From assembly GCA_903898185.1 (NCBI GenBank), contig CAIUEN010000050.1, positions 1 through 18,386 on the forward strand: 18,386 nt of DNA, in the 5' to 3' direction. Both the position numbers and the translations under genes were made by a program. The notes below the pieces were generated by a model that was not told the DNA's origin, did not search any database, and worked only from the letters and a program-made list of their open reading frames with translations. This document shows positions 1 to 8,265 of the stretch, piece by piece (within the stretch, counting starts at the first letter, position 1; each line of letters opens with the position of its first letter). This DNA comes from an uncultured Verrucomicrobiales bacterium (lineage in GTDB: Bacteria > Verrucomicrobiota > Verrucomicrobiia > Limisphaerales > Palsa-1400).

Positions 1-129
1 GGGAAAGCATTTCCGCGTGGGAACGCCGGTCTGTGCATCGTAATTACCCCTCAAATTCAGGACGGTTATTGGTTCCAAAAAGTGGGCATTTCTTGAAGTG
101 GAAAACTGGTCGTTTTTCTACGGCCTAGG

Positions 130-1056
130 CTAGGCGTAGTCGCCCTGCTTCTTCGGCGGCACGCCCCAAGTGAAACGCTGGAAGCGGTCGCCGCTGCCGC
201 CCTCGCCCAAGGTGAGACCAGTGGACCAGGTTTTGTCGGAGAAAGGCGGATTGGCGACGACGTAGTCGTAGGTGCGGAGCAGTTCGCCGTCCTTGAACTT
301 GGGATCGTAGAGGGTGTTTCCCGAGAGGACGTTGGCTGTGGGGAAGTCGTGCAGGATCATGTTCATGCGGGCAAGACCGGCGGTGGTCACGTCCTTTTCC
401 TGACCTTCAAGGGTGATGTGCTTGCCGGCCTCGGCGGCGACTTTCAGCAACAGCGAACCGGAGCCGCAGGTTGGGTCGTAGGCGGTGGTGGCGGCTTTGG
501 AATTGGCCGGGGAGATCCCGATGGCCTTGGCCATGATGCGGCTGACCTCGGAGGGAGTGTAGAACTGGCCCTTGCTCTTGCCGCTCTCTGTGGCGAAGTG
601 CCGCATGAGATACTCGTAGGCGTCGCCAAGGATGTCATCGTTTTCGGCGCGGTTTTTTGAGAAATCGAGAGCGGGGTTCTCGAAGATGGCGATGAGGTTG
701 CCCAGCTTCTCGACCTTCTGGGCGCCGTCGCCGAGTTTGTTGGAGTCGTTGAAGTCGGGGAAATCGCTACGGGCGAGCCGGGAGTTGGCGTCAATCAGCG
801 GCTGAATGACCTGGGTATTGATCTTGTCGCCGATGTCATCCCTGCCCTTGAGCGCGACCATGTCCTTGAAGCTCGCTCCCTTCGGAATGACGACCGGCGG
901 GGCAAAATCCTTGGAATCGCCGTATTTATCTGAGATGTATTTGATGAACAGCATGAACAGGACGTAGTCCTTGTATTGGCTGGCATCCATGCCGCCGCGC
1001 AGTTCATCGCACGAAGCCCAAAGTGAGGAATAGAGGTCAGATTTTTTTAAGGCCAT
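130..1056 (-). pseudogene. hsdM: Type I R-M HsdM-family N6-adenine DNA methyltransferase, C-terminally truncated remnant
   Basis: Translation has an HsdM N-terminal domain (LWASCDELRGGMDASQYKDYVLFMLFIKYISDKY) and the AdoMet motif I DPTCGSGSLL. It also has the catalytic motif IV NPPF, followed by FTWGVPPKKQGDYA. In intact HsdM this region continues for about 150-200 aa more, but here an in-frame stop falls at 130 only about 40 aa after NPPF. No frame of bases 1-129 continues the protein, since all three hit stops (ctag/tag). No hsdS or hsdR is in the window. Confidence 0.75.
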
Positions 1057-1059
1057 GTG

Positions 1060-1251
1060 CTAATTCTGTAAAGCGGTCAGCTCGATCTGGTCGAATATCT
1101 CTTGGAGAAAACGCAGTTCCACCGGCTCCCGCTCGAAAGTCATGATCTGCTCCACGTCTTGGGGGATCGCCTGCCAGCGGCGAGGCAGCTTCTCCTCTGC
1201 CGGGAGACGTTGCCATTGGCTGATGCTCTCTTCCCAATTCATCGTACGCAC
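1060..1251 (-). CDS. hypothetical small protein (63 aa) translationally coupled upstream of the hsdM remnant
   Basis: The ORF's stop lies 3 nt before the hsdM ATG. It has a GTG start with a GGAGG Shine-Dalgarno 6 nt upstream (rc of 1258-1262). No recognisable family; it could be a small regulator or a fragment. Confidence 0.35.
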   Translation of the reverse strand: MRTMNWEESISQWQRLPAEEKLPRRWQAIPQDVEQIMTFEREPVELRFLQEIFDQIELTALQN

Positions 1252-1433
1252 AGTTTACCTCCAGAGGCAATGTTTTCAAGAAACATAACTATCTCTGGGT
1301 TGTCGAAATGACCATCGTCCCCCGCCCTCTCCTACTTCATTATTGGAAATTCCTTGTTCGATATTTGTTATTCGTTTCCGTTCTATCAGAGCTAGCCAGA
1401 CTTTCGCATAAAACAGCATGAACATTGCCAGTT

Positions 1434-3140
1434 TCAACAACGATTCTGGATTTTATTGCTACATGAAAGAATAGTTGGAAACCAACGCTCAATCTCAAAG
1501 ACCCTTACGGCACGGAGTTGTTCGGTCGTCAGTTCCGGGGGGAGCATCACTGTGGGGCGTCTTCCCGCTGCCCCCGTCACAGTTTGCACCAGCGTGGCAC
1601 GAATTTCGGCCAGGCTCTTCATCATTTGCTGTGCCGAAGCGCTCGTGCCCAACGCCAGCTTGGCCAAGCTCACCAGCAACAGCCCCAGCACTGTGGCAAA
1701 AGTGTGCAACCGCAGCGACCCCTCGGCCCACTGGTGCGACGGCCCCCACGAAATCAGCCCGCCTTTTTTGGTCCGCCGGAAAAGTTCTTCCACGTTCCAC
1801 TGGCCCCGGAAAGCATGCACGATCCGATCGGTGCTCCAACTGTGTCGGTCGGTGCAAAGCACCCGTCGCCCCAAGCAGGTTTTCTCCAGTTGGCACCGCA
1901 AGGCGACATCGACCCGCCAGCCAAACGTGGGCCGTTGGTCGCTGCCGCCGATGGTGGTCACCACGAAACTCGACAGATGCTCCCGGGCCAGCACCTTCTG
2001 GCAGCACTCTTCCAAGCGGTCCCGGCATAGACGGCCCGCTTGAACCAAACGCTCCAGCTTGCGCAGTTCCTTTGTGGCCTTGCGCAGCGCGACCGCGATG
2101 CCCCGCTTCTGTCCCTCCAACGATTCTTCACTCTCGACCACCACCAGTGTGCGATCCAGCTCACCCACGGGTGTTCGCAACCGAGCCGCTCGGACATGTT
2201 TAAGTTTACCCGAAAGCGGCTGCATCGCTCCACACTGCGCTGCCTGTTCCAAAGCGGCTTGCGCGGCGGAGTGCCCGGTCGGCAGCGAGATGATGCTGTG
2301 GTAGCCGATCCGATCCAGATCCTGTTCCAACTGAGGGCTCCAGAATCCGCCGTCGCGCACCAGTGTGCGTTGCGGGGCGCGCTCGGCCCCGTTGTCGAGC
2401 CCTTGGTGCAGTTGCTTCAATCCCTCCAGGCAAGCCTCCATCACGCCTTGATCGGAGCCATTGCCGGAGTATGTCCGATACAACAACGGCACATGTCCGG
2501 TCTCGCTGACCAGCAGGCCCACCCCCACCACGCGCAGATCGCCGCGTTTGCTCTTGGCGTGACCGCGCTGGGAGAGTTTGCCCGATGTAAGAGTGGAAAT
2601 GTGCGTGTCGAAGTTGGTCGTGTCAAAGGCCAGCACATCGGTCGAGAGTTCGAACCGGGCAACAGCCGCCTTGGAAATCGCCACATGCGCCTTCTCCAAG
2701 GACTGCTCGTCAACCTGTTGGGCTACGCGATGAAACGCCTGGCCGCTGAAGGCCGCGCCGCGCAAACACGAGAGGCGAGGCACACTGGCATCCAAGAAGT
2801 CGCCCAAGTCGCATTTGGGTCCCGGTGAACAGACGCTCTGAATGGCCACCGCGACCACCAGTTCGCCAATGGAAGGTCCGTTTTTGGCTCCGAGGCAACC
2901 GCAGGCCCGGTCTATAAGACCAATCATATCCAACTGCTCGGCTATCCAGATCAAGGCACCAACGTCGCCGATAGCGCGCGTGCCGACGCTGCGCGTAGCG
3001 GCCAAGTCTGCGAACGGTGGAGGTGCGACCGGCCCCAGCACAACTTGACGCGCAACCGAGCGCCCACCGGCAGGGTCCCAAACAGATTGGGCGGCGATGC
3101 GGTATCGGTGGCCGTTGATTTCACGTTCAAAGATATGCAT
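1434..3140 (-). CDS. IS1634-family (IS4-related) DDE transposase, 568 aa
   Basis: The length is typical, about 570 aa. The N-terminus (MHIFEREINGHRYRIAAQSVWDP...) and the central segment VVGVGLLVSETGHVPLLYRTYSGNGSD are recalled as characteristic of IS1634-type transposases. The ORF is single and uninterrupted. The nested ORFs inside it (1456-2043, 1475-2203, 2040-2828 and others) are high-GC artefacts. Confidence 0.8.
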   Translation of the reverse strand: MHIFEREINGHRYRIAAQSVWDPAGGRSVARQVVLGPVAPPPFADLAATRSVGTRAIGDVGALIWIAEQLDMIGLIDRACGCLGAKNGPSIGELVVAVAIQSVCSPGPKCDLGDFLDASVPRLSCLRGAAFSGQAFHRVAQQVDEQSLEKAHVAISKAAVARFELSTDVLAFDTTNFDTHISTLTSGKLSQRGHAKSKRGDLRVVGVGLLVSETGHVPLLYRTYSGNGSDQGVMEACLEGLKQLHQGLDNGAERAPQRTLVRDGGFWSPQLEQDLDRIGYHSIISLPTGHSAAQAALEQAAQCGAMQPLSGKLKHVRAARLRTPVGELDRTLVVVESEESLEGQKRGIAVALRKATKELRKLERLVQAGRLCRDRLEECCQKVLAREHLSSFVVTTIGGSDQRPTFGWRVDVALRCQLEKTCLGRRVLCTDRHSWSTDRIVHAFRGQWNVEELFRRTKKGGLISWGPSHQWAEGSLRLHTFATVLGLLLVSLAKLALGTSASAQQMMKSLAEIRATLVQTVTGAAGRRPTVMLPPELTTEQLRAVRVFEIERWFPTILSCSNKIQNRC

Positions 3141-3186
3141 ATTCTTTCACGTAGCATATCCATCGGCACGTCGTCAAGCATGCGTG

Positions 3187-3214
3187 TTGGATGTTTGCCT
3201 CGTGAGTTTATATG
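3187..3214 (+). promoter_or_regulatory. candidate sigma70-like promoter for dnaE (TTGGAT - 16 nt - TATATG)
   Basis: A -35-like TTGGAT (3187-3192) and a -10-like TATATG (3209-3214) with a 16-nt spacer, about 175 nt upstream of the dnaE ATG. Consensus matching in an organism of unknown sigma specificity is weak evidence. Confidence 0.2.
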
Positions 3215-3387
3215 CCGTTGAGCGCGGTTTCACAAACGGCAGCCCTCAAAAATGCGAAATGCGGGCTAAACACCCAAAGAGCCATCGGGCGGGACGCCCG
3301 ATCTTTGTCACTGGCACTGGGCGCGTTGCCGCGCTGATGAAAAATCCCTCGCATAGGATTCGGTTGGTCTTCATAATCACCGAAAGT

Positions 3388-6300
3388 ATGTCGCACGCTG
3401 ACTTTGTTCATCTTCATGTTCACACCGAGTATTCGCTGCTCGATGGCGCTTGCCGCATGGACCGGCTCATGGATAAAGCGCATGAGCTGAAGTTCCCTGC
3501 CTTGGCGATAACCGATCATGGCGTGCTCTTTGGGGCCATCGATTTTTATCAGGCCGCCCGCAGCAAGGGGATCAAGCCGATCATCGGCTGCGAGGTCTAT
3601 ATCGCACGGGGAAGCCGCCTGGAGAAAAAGGCCGGTCTGGGCGGGAAAGATGGATATAATCACCTGATTCTGCTGGCCAAGGACGAGGCCGGATACAAGA
3701 ACCTGGTCAAGCTGGTTACTTTGGCGCACTTGGAGGGCTATTATTACAAGCCGCGCATCGACCGCGAAATCCTGGCCACCTACAAGGACGGCTTGGTGGC
3801 TCTCTCATCCTGTCTCAAGGGTGAAATCCCCGAGTTGATCGCCGATGACCGCCTTCCCGATGCCCGGAAAGCCATTGATTGGTACAAGCAAACGCTTGGG
3901 GCGGAGAACTTTTACCTCGAATTACAGGATCACGGCATCCCGGAGCAGGCCAAGGTGAACCGAGTTCTGATTCCGCTTGCCAAGGAATTCGGAATCAAGC
4001 TCGTCGCCACCAACGACGTTCATTACATCGAGAAAAACCACTCGCACGCCCACGATTGCCTGATTTGCATCGGCACGCAGACACAACTTGCCGACACCAA
4101 GCGGATGCACTACGCCCCCGAGCAGTTTTATCTGCGCTCGGCTGAGGAGATGAAGGCCCGCTTTCACGAGATCCCGGAGGCGGTGAGCAATACGCTGGAA
4201 GTGGCCCAGCAGTGCAATGTCGAGATTGAGTTCGGCAAACTCCATTATCCGATCTTCAGTCCACCGGAGCATTTTACGCGCGAGGGTTACCTGCGCAAAC
4301 TGGTCGCCGAAGGACTCCATTTCCGTTACGGGATGAATGTTCGGGCTGAAGGACAGGAATTCATCGTCGATGGCTTGGGAGACCCGCGCCGATTGCCAAC
4401 GTACGTTCCTGCGCCTGGAACCACGGTTCCGGAAGACCCGAAACTGGCCATGCAGGATCCCCAGGTGGCCGCCGCGATCAAGGTTGTCATCGACCGCCTT
4501 GACCTGGAAATGAAGGTAATCGAACAGACCGGCTTCATCAGCTACTTCTTGATCGTCGGCGACTTTGTTCGCTACGGTCGAAGCAAAGGCGTCACATGCG
4601 TGGCGCGCGGATCGGCGGCTGGTTCGATTGTGACTTATGTGCTGGAGATTTCGAACGTCGATCCGATTCGTTACGGGCTGCTGTTCGAACGATTCCTCAA
4701 CCCGGAACGCGTCAACCCTCCCGATATCGACATCGACTTTGCCGACGACCGCCGGGCTGACGTGATCGAATATGTGCGCGAGAAATATGGACGCGATTCG
4801 GTGGCGCAGATCGTCACCTTCGGCACAATGGGCGCCAAATCGGTTCTGCGGGATGTCGGTCGCGTCATGGGCTTGGGTTATTCCGACTGCGACCGGTTGG
4901 CCAAGATGATTCCCAACGAACTGAAGATGTCGCTGGAAAAAGCGATGGGGATGTCGCCGGACTTTAAGCAGGCTTACGAGACCGAAGAGGTCACCCATGA
5001 ACTGGTCGATACCGCCCTGGTTCTCGAAGATCTCACCCGCAACGCATCGGTTCACGCGGCCGGCGTGCTTATTGGCGATCAGCCGTTGCACAATCTTCTG
5101 CCGCTCAAAAAGGATGAGGATGGCACCATTGTCACCCAATACGCCATGGGCCCTGTCGGCGACCTCGGCCTGCTGAAGATGGACTTCCTTGGGCTCAAGA
5201 CCTTGACGGTCATCCGCAATACCTGCGATCTTGTCAAGCAGACCCAGGGAATCGACATCCCCATTGACGACCTTCCGCTCGACGACGCCAAGACCTACGA
5301 CCTTCTCAACAAGGCCAATACCATCGGTGTGTTCCAATTGGAATCTGGAGGAATGCGCGATCTCTGCAAAAAGTTCAAGATTAGCTCGGTGGAACATATC
5401 ACGGCGTTGGTGGCGCTCTATCGTCCGGGACCGATGGACCTGATCCCCGATTTCATCAAGCGCCGGCATGGCGAGGTGAAAATCGAGTATGATCATCCGC
5501 TGCTGGAGTCGATCAGCAAAGAGACCTATGGCGTGCTGATCTACCAGGAACAAGTCATGCAGGCCGCGCAGTTGCTCGCCGGCTACACGCTCGGCGGCGC
5601 TGATCTGCTGCGCCGCGCGATGGGCAAGAAGAAGATCGAGGAAATGGCCAAGCACCGTGACAAATTCGTCAAGGGAGCAGCCAAGCTCAACAATATCCAC
5701 GAGGCCAAGGCCAACCAGATTTTCGATTTGCTCGAGAAATTCGCTGGCTACGGTTTCAACAAGTCGCACGCGGCCGCCTATGCCATCGTCGCCTACCAGA
5801 CGGCTTACCTGAAGGCCAATAATCCTGTCGAGTTCCTCAGCGCCATGATGACCAACGACATGAGCGACACTGCCAAGTTGAGCATCCTGATCAACGAGGC
5901 GAAGGCGTTCGATGTCGAAGTTCTCGGCCCCGACATCAACGAAAGCGGCGTGTTTTTTACGCCCGCCAAGGTAGAGCAGGCTTCCAGCCTGCTCAGGGGA
6001 GACACGAGAGGGCTGCAGTCACCACAGTTGGAACAGGCGGGACGCGCTGTTCTACCAGAGCAGGCTTCCAGCCTGCTCGGGGGGGACGTGAAAGGGTTGC
6101 AGTCACCACAGCTTGAACAGGCGGGACGCACTGTTCTACCAGAGCAGGCTTCCAGCCTGCTCGGGGGGGACGTGAAAGGGCTGCAGTCACCACAGCTTGA
6201 ACAGGCGGGACGCACTGTTCTACCAGAGCAGGCTTCCAGCCTGCTCAGTGGGGACATGAGAGGGTTGCAGTCACCACAGTCTGAACAGGCGGGACGCGCT

Positions 6301-7398
6301 GTTCTACCAGAGCAGACTTCCAGCCTGCTCAGTCGGAACATGTCCACCGCCATCCGTTTCGGCCTTGCCGCCATCAAAGGCGTGGGCGAGGTCGCCGTGC
6401 AAAGCATTCTTGATGCCCGGAAAGCCGGTGGAAAATTCACCTCCCTTTCCGAGTTGTGCGAGCGCGTCGATGGCCGGACTGTCAATCGCAAAGTCCTCGA
6501 ATCGCTCATCAAATCCGGAGCGTGCGATTGTTTCAACGAAACCCGCGCCTCGCTTTTCGGCAAGATAGATCGCGCGCTTACGCGGGCGGCCGGGGTGATC
6601 AACGACCGGCAGCGCGGACAAGACACGTTGTTCGGCATGTTGGAAGAAACGCCCGACCGCAAGCCCGATGTTGAGAAACAGTTGCCGGAGTGGCCGCAGC
6701 ACGAACTGCTGGCGCATGAGAAAGAACTGCTGGGCTTCTATGTCAGCGGCCATCCGCTCACGCCCCTGGCACCGATCATTGAGCAATACGCGTTGCATAA
6801 AACAAACCAGCTTCCGGCGCTGCCTTCGCGCGGAATGACCCGCATCGGCGGCATGATCGCCGTCGTGCAAAAGGGGTTTTCCAAGAAAAGCAACAAACCG
6901 TATGCAATGGTGACACTGGAGGATTTGGAAGGCTCGGTGCAGATCCTCTGCATGAACGAGAACTACGACAAATATGTCGATCTCCTGGTTGTCAATAAAC
7001 CAATCCTGGTGATCGGCGAGGTCAATAATTCCGAGGACAAGCCCAAGATATTCCCACAGGAAATCATGCCTTTGGAAGATGCCCCTCGCAAATTCACCCG
7101 GCAGGTTCATTTTCGTTTGCAGACGGCGCAGATTGTTCCCGACGACCTGAATTCAGTGATCGACATTGTGGCGGCCCACCCGGGCCGATGTCCGCTGTTT
7201 CTCTGTTTCATGCGCCCGGGCGGCGAGGTTGTATTCCTGGAGACGCACGAAAAATACGGAGTCTGCCCGTCTGTGCCCCTGCAAAAAGCCGTGGACGAAC
7301 GCTACGGCGAAGGCACGTATTACGCCAGGGTGGATGCAAGCTTGCCAGAGCGGGAGAAACGCCGATGGGAGAAGAAGTCTGAAGGAAACGGTGAATAG
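3388..7398 (+). CDS. dnaE: DNA polymerase III alpha subunit (DnaE), about 1336 aa, with an in-frame repeat insertion
   Basis: The true start is the ATG at 3388 (MSHADFVHLHVHTEYSLLDGA), which matches the canonical DnaE N-terminal PHP motif. The 3097 start in the ORF track is an upstream extension overlapping the transposase start. The protein has a PHP domain, a polymerase core (GxGYSDCD..., KMDFLGLKTLT, FNKSHAAAYA), IRFGLAAIKGVGE HhH/beta-binding segments and an OB-fold C-terminus. Confidence 0.95.
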   Translation: MSHADFVHLHVHTEYSLLDGACRMDRLMDKAHELKFPALAITDHGVLFGAIDFYQAARSKGIKPIIGCEVYIARGSRLEKKAGLGGKDGYNHLILLAKDEAGYKNLVKLVTLAHLEGYYYKPRIDREILATYKDGLVALSSCLKGEIPELIADDRLPDARKAIDWYKQTLGAENFYLELQDHGIPEQAKVNRVLIPLAKEFGIKLVATNDVHYIEKNHSHAHDCLICIGTQTQLADTKRMHYAPEQFYLRSAEEMKARFHEIPEAVSNTLEVAQQCNVEIEFGKLHYPIFSPPEHFTREGYLRKLVAEGLHFRYGMNVRAEGQEFIVDGLGDPRRLPTYVPAPGTTVPEDPKLAMQDPQVAAAIKVVIDRLDLEMKVIEQTGFISYFLIVGDFVRYGRSKGVTCVARGSAAGSIVTYVLEISNVDPIRYGLLFERFLNPERVNPPDIDIDFADDRRADVIEYVREKYGRDSVAQIVTFGTMGAKSVLRDVGRVMGLGYSDCDRLAKMIPNELKMSLEKAMGMSPDFKQAYETEEVTHELVDTALVLEDLTRNASVHAAGVLIGDQPLHNLLPLKKDEDGTIVTQYAMGPVGDLGLLKMDFLGLKTLTVIRNTCDLVKQTQGIDIPIDDLPLDDAKTYDLLNKANTIGVFQLESGGMRDLCKKFKISSVEHITALVALYRPGPMDLIPDFIKRRHGEVKIEYDHPLLESISKETYGVLIYQEQVMQAAQLLAGYTLGGADLLRRAMGKKKIEEMAKHRDKFVKGAAKLNNIHEAKANQIFDLLEKFAGYGFNKSHAAAYAIVAYQTAYLKANNPVEFLSAMMTNDMSDTAKLSILINEAKAFDVEVLGPDINESGVFFTPAKVEQASSLLRGDTRGLQSPQLEQAGRAVLPEQASSLLGGDVKGLQSPQLEQAGRTVLPEQASSLLGGDVKGLQSPQLEQAGRTVLPEQASSLLSGDMRGLQSPQSEQAGRAVLPEQTSSLLSRNMSTAIRFGLAAIKGVGEVAVQSILDARKAGGKFTSLSELCERVDGRTVNRKVLESLIKSGACDCFNETRASLFGKIDRALTRAAGVINDRQRGQDTLFGMLEETPDRKPDVEKQLPEWPQHELLAHEKELLGFYVSGHPLTPLAPIIEQYALHKTNQLPALPSRGMTRIGGMIAVVQKGFSKKSNKPYAMVTLEDLEGSVQILCMNENYDKYVDLLVVNKPILVIGEVNNSEDKPKIFPQEIMPLEDAPRKFTRQVHFRLQTAQIVPDDLNSVIDIVAAHPGRCPLFLCFMRPGGEVVFLETHEKYGVCPSVPLQKAVDERYGEGTYYARVDASLPEREKRRWEKKSEGNGE
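5974..6332 (+). repeat. 84-bp tandem repeat, about 4.25 copies, in-frame inside dnaE; each unit begins with a 21-bp perfect palindrome
   Basis: Units start at 5974, 6058, 6142 and 6226, with a partial unit at 6310. The units are about 90-95% identical. The core gagcaggcttccagcctgctc is an 8-bp stem with a 5-nt loop. Each unit encodes a 28-aa module, LPEQASSLLGGDVKGLQSPQLEQAGRTV, with R/G, V/M and T/A variation. The array is inserted between DINESGVFFTPAKVEQ and NMSTAIRFGLAAIKGVGE. Confidence 0.9.
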
Positions 7399-7414
7399 GA
7401 GCGAAGAGAAACTT

Positions 7415-7687
7415 ATGCCGCAAGCAATCATGGATCCTGAGCAAGTCCGGCGGTTTGCCGAGGAACTTAAGCGTTTTAACGCTGATCTCCAAGACCGAAT
7501 GTCGGCGTTGCAAGGGCGTTTCGCCGCGTTGGGTGATAGTTGGCAGGATCAGGAGCACAAGAAGTTTGCCGATGAATTTGTCCAAACGCTCAAGGCGATG
7601 AAGAGGTTCGTTGAGATATCCAATCAGCACACCCCTTACCTGTTGCGCAAGGCCCAGCGTATCGAAGAATATCTGAACCAACGATAA
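7415..7687 (+). CDS. small helical WXG100-like (ESAT-6/EsxA-like) protein, 90 aa, with a W-x-D variant of the WXG turn
   Basis: The ATG lies 17 nt after the dnaE stop, preceded by GGAGCGAAGAGA. The protein is about 90 aa, predicted all-helical, with a central turn LGDSWQDQ. W43-Q44-D45 sits at the same position as the W43-x-G45 turn of ESAT-6. It shares the motif DSW(Q/R)D...F...(F/Y) with the 70-aa ORF at 8404. The ORF-track 7166 start is an artefactual extension back into dnaE. Confidence 0.55.
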   Translation: MPQAIMDPEQVRRFAEELKRFNADLQDRMSALQGRFAALGDSWQDQEHKKFADEFVQTLKAMKRFVEISNQHTPYLLRKAQRIEEYLNQR

Positions 7688-7691
7688 AATC

Positions 7692-8264
7692 ATGGCCGTC
7701 GGCGCCCATGTCACATCCATCGAAGCTCTCGAATCATTTCGAGCGAATCTGATCGTTTACATCAACAAAGCCCGACCGACTTTGGAGGAAATCAGCTCGG
7801 ATGTAATGCGGACGCGGCTTTGGCTGGAGAACAACCAGCGTCTGCACTGGGAAGCCCAGTTACAGCGGCGCGCCAAGGAATTGGAGGCCGCGCGGCAAGA
7901 ACTCTTCAGCGCGGGATTGGCAAATCTGAGGGATACCACGGCTGCCGAGATCATGGCTGTTCGCCGGGCCGAACGGGCGCTTGAGGAGGCCGACAACAAG
8001 CTGCGCTTGGTCAAGAAGTGGACGCGTGAATTTGACAGCCGGACAGCCCCGGTGGCCAGGCAATTGGAAAAGCTCGCAACCATGCTGGCCAACGACCTGC
8101 CGTCGGCGGTCGCGTTCCTGTCGCAAATCATCAAGACTCTCGATGCCTACGGAGCAGGCGGATCAACGCCCGTTCTTTCCGAGGCGACGGCCACGGTCAA
8201 AACCGATCCAGCAGCAGCGAAACCGGACGAGACTGTTCCGTCTCAACCCTCGAACTTGCCATGA
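7692..8264 (+). CDS. hypothetical helical protein, 190 aa (candidate accessory or chaperone component)
   Basis: The ATG is 5 nt after the preceding stop. The protein is predicted coiled-coil/helical with a low-complexity A/T/P-rich C-terminal tail. No recognisable family. Confidence 0.55.
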   Translation: MAVGAHVTSIEALESFRANLIVYINKARPTLEEISSDVMRTRLWLENNQRLHWEAQLQRRAKELEAARQELFSAGLANLRDTTAAEIMAVRRAERALEEADNKLRLVKKWTREFDSRTAPVARQLEKLATMLANDLPSAVAFLSQIIKTLDAYGAGGSTPVLSEATATVKTDPAAAKPDETVPSQPSNLP

Positions 8265-8265
8265 G

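Larger units (their letters stand above)
1300..3260. mobile_element. Insertion sequence (IS1634 family); ends not resolved
   Basis: A transposase gene flanked by AT-richer non-coding sequence (1280-1433 and 3141-3387). I could not identify convincing terminal inverted repeats, so the extents are approximate. A 15-bp inverted repeat (1457-1471 gctacatgaaagaat; 3141-3155 attctttcacgtagc, 1 mismatch) is internal to the transposase transcript rather than terminal. Confidence 0.4.

Noticed and set aside
1300-1433. Terminal inverted repeats of the insertion sequence
   Set aside because: Only an 8-bp tttcgcat / atgcgaaa match between the flanks (about 1404 and 3252) was found. That is too short to call as terminal inverted repeats.
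3097-3387. N-terminal 97-aa extension of dnaE from the ATG at 3097
   Set aside because: The extension overlaps the transposase start and promoter region. The canonical DnaE N-terminus (MSHADFVHLHVHTEYS) begins at 3388. The extension is low-complexity and unlikely to be translated.
3922-5769. 615-aa ORF on the minus strand inside dnaE, and likewise 6304-7110 (-) and 5805-6662 (-)
   Set aside because: These are antisense to a confidently identified dnaE. Long antisense ORFs of this kind are typical at this GC content. They have no recognisable motifs, and the 5805-6662 ORF is just the reverse frame of the tandem repeat.
5974-6332. Possibility that the 84-bp repeats are a CRISPR array
   Set aside because: The would-be spacers between the palindromes are near-identical to each other, and the array is in-frame within an intact dnaE reading frame. 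This is a tandem repeat, not repeat-spacer architecture.
3388-7398. Intein in dnaE as the explanation for the extra length
   Set aside because: There are no intein splicing motifs (no block A Cys/Ser plus block G HN-C/S/T) and no homing endonuclease motifs. The extra length is fully accounted for by the 28-aa tandem repeats.
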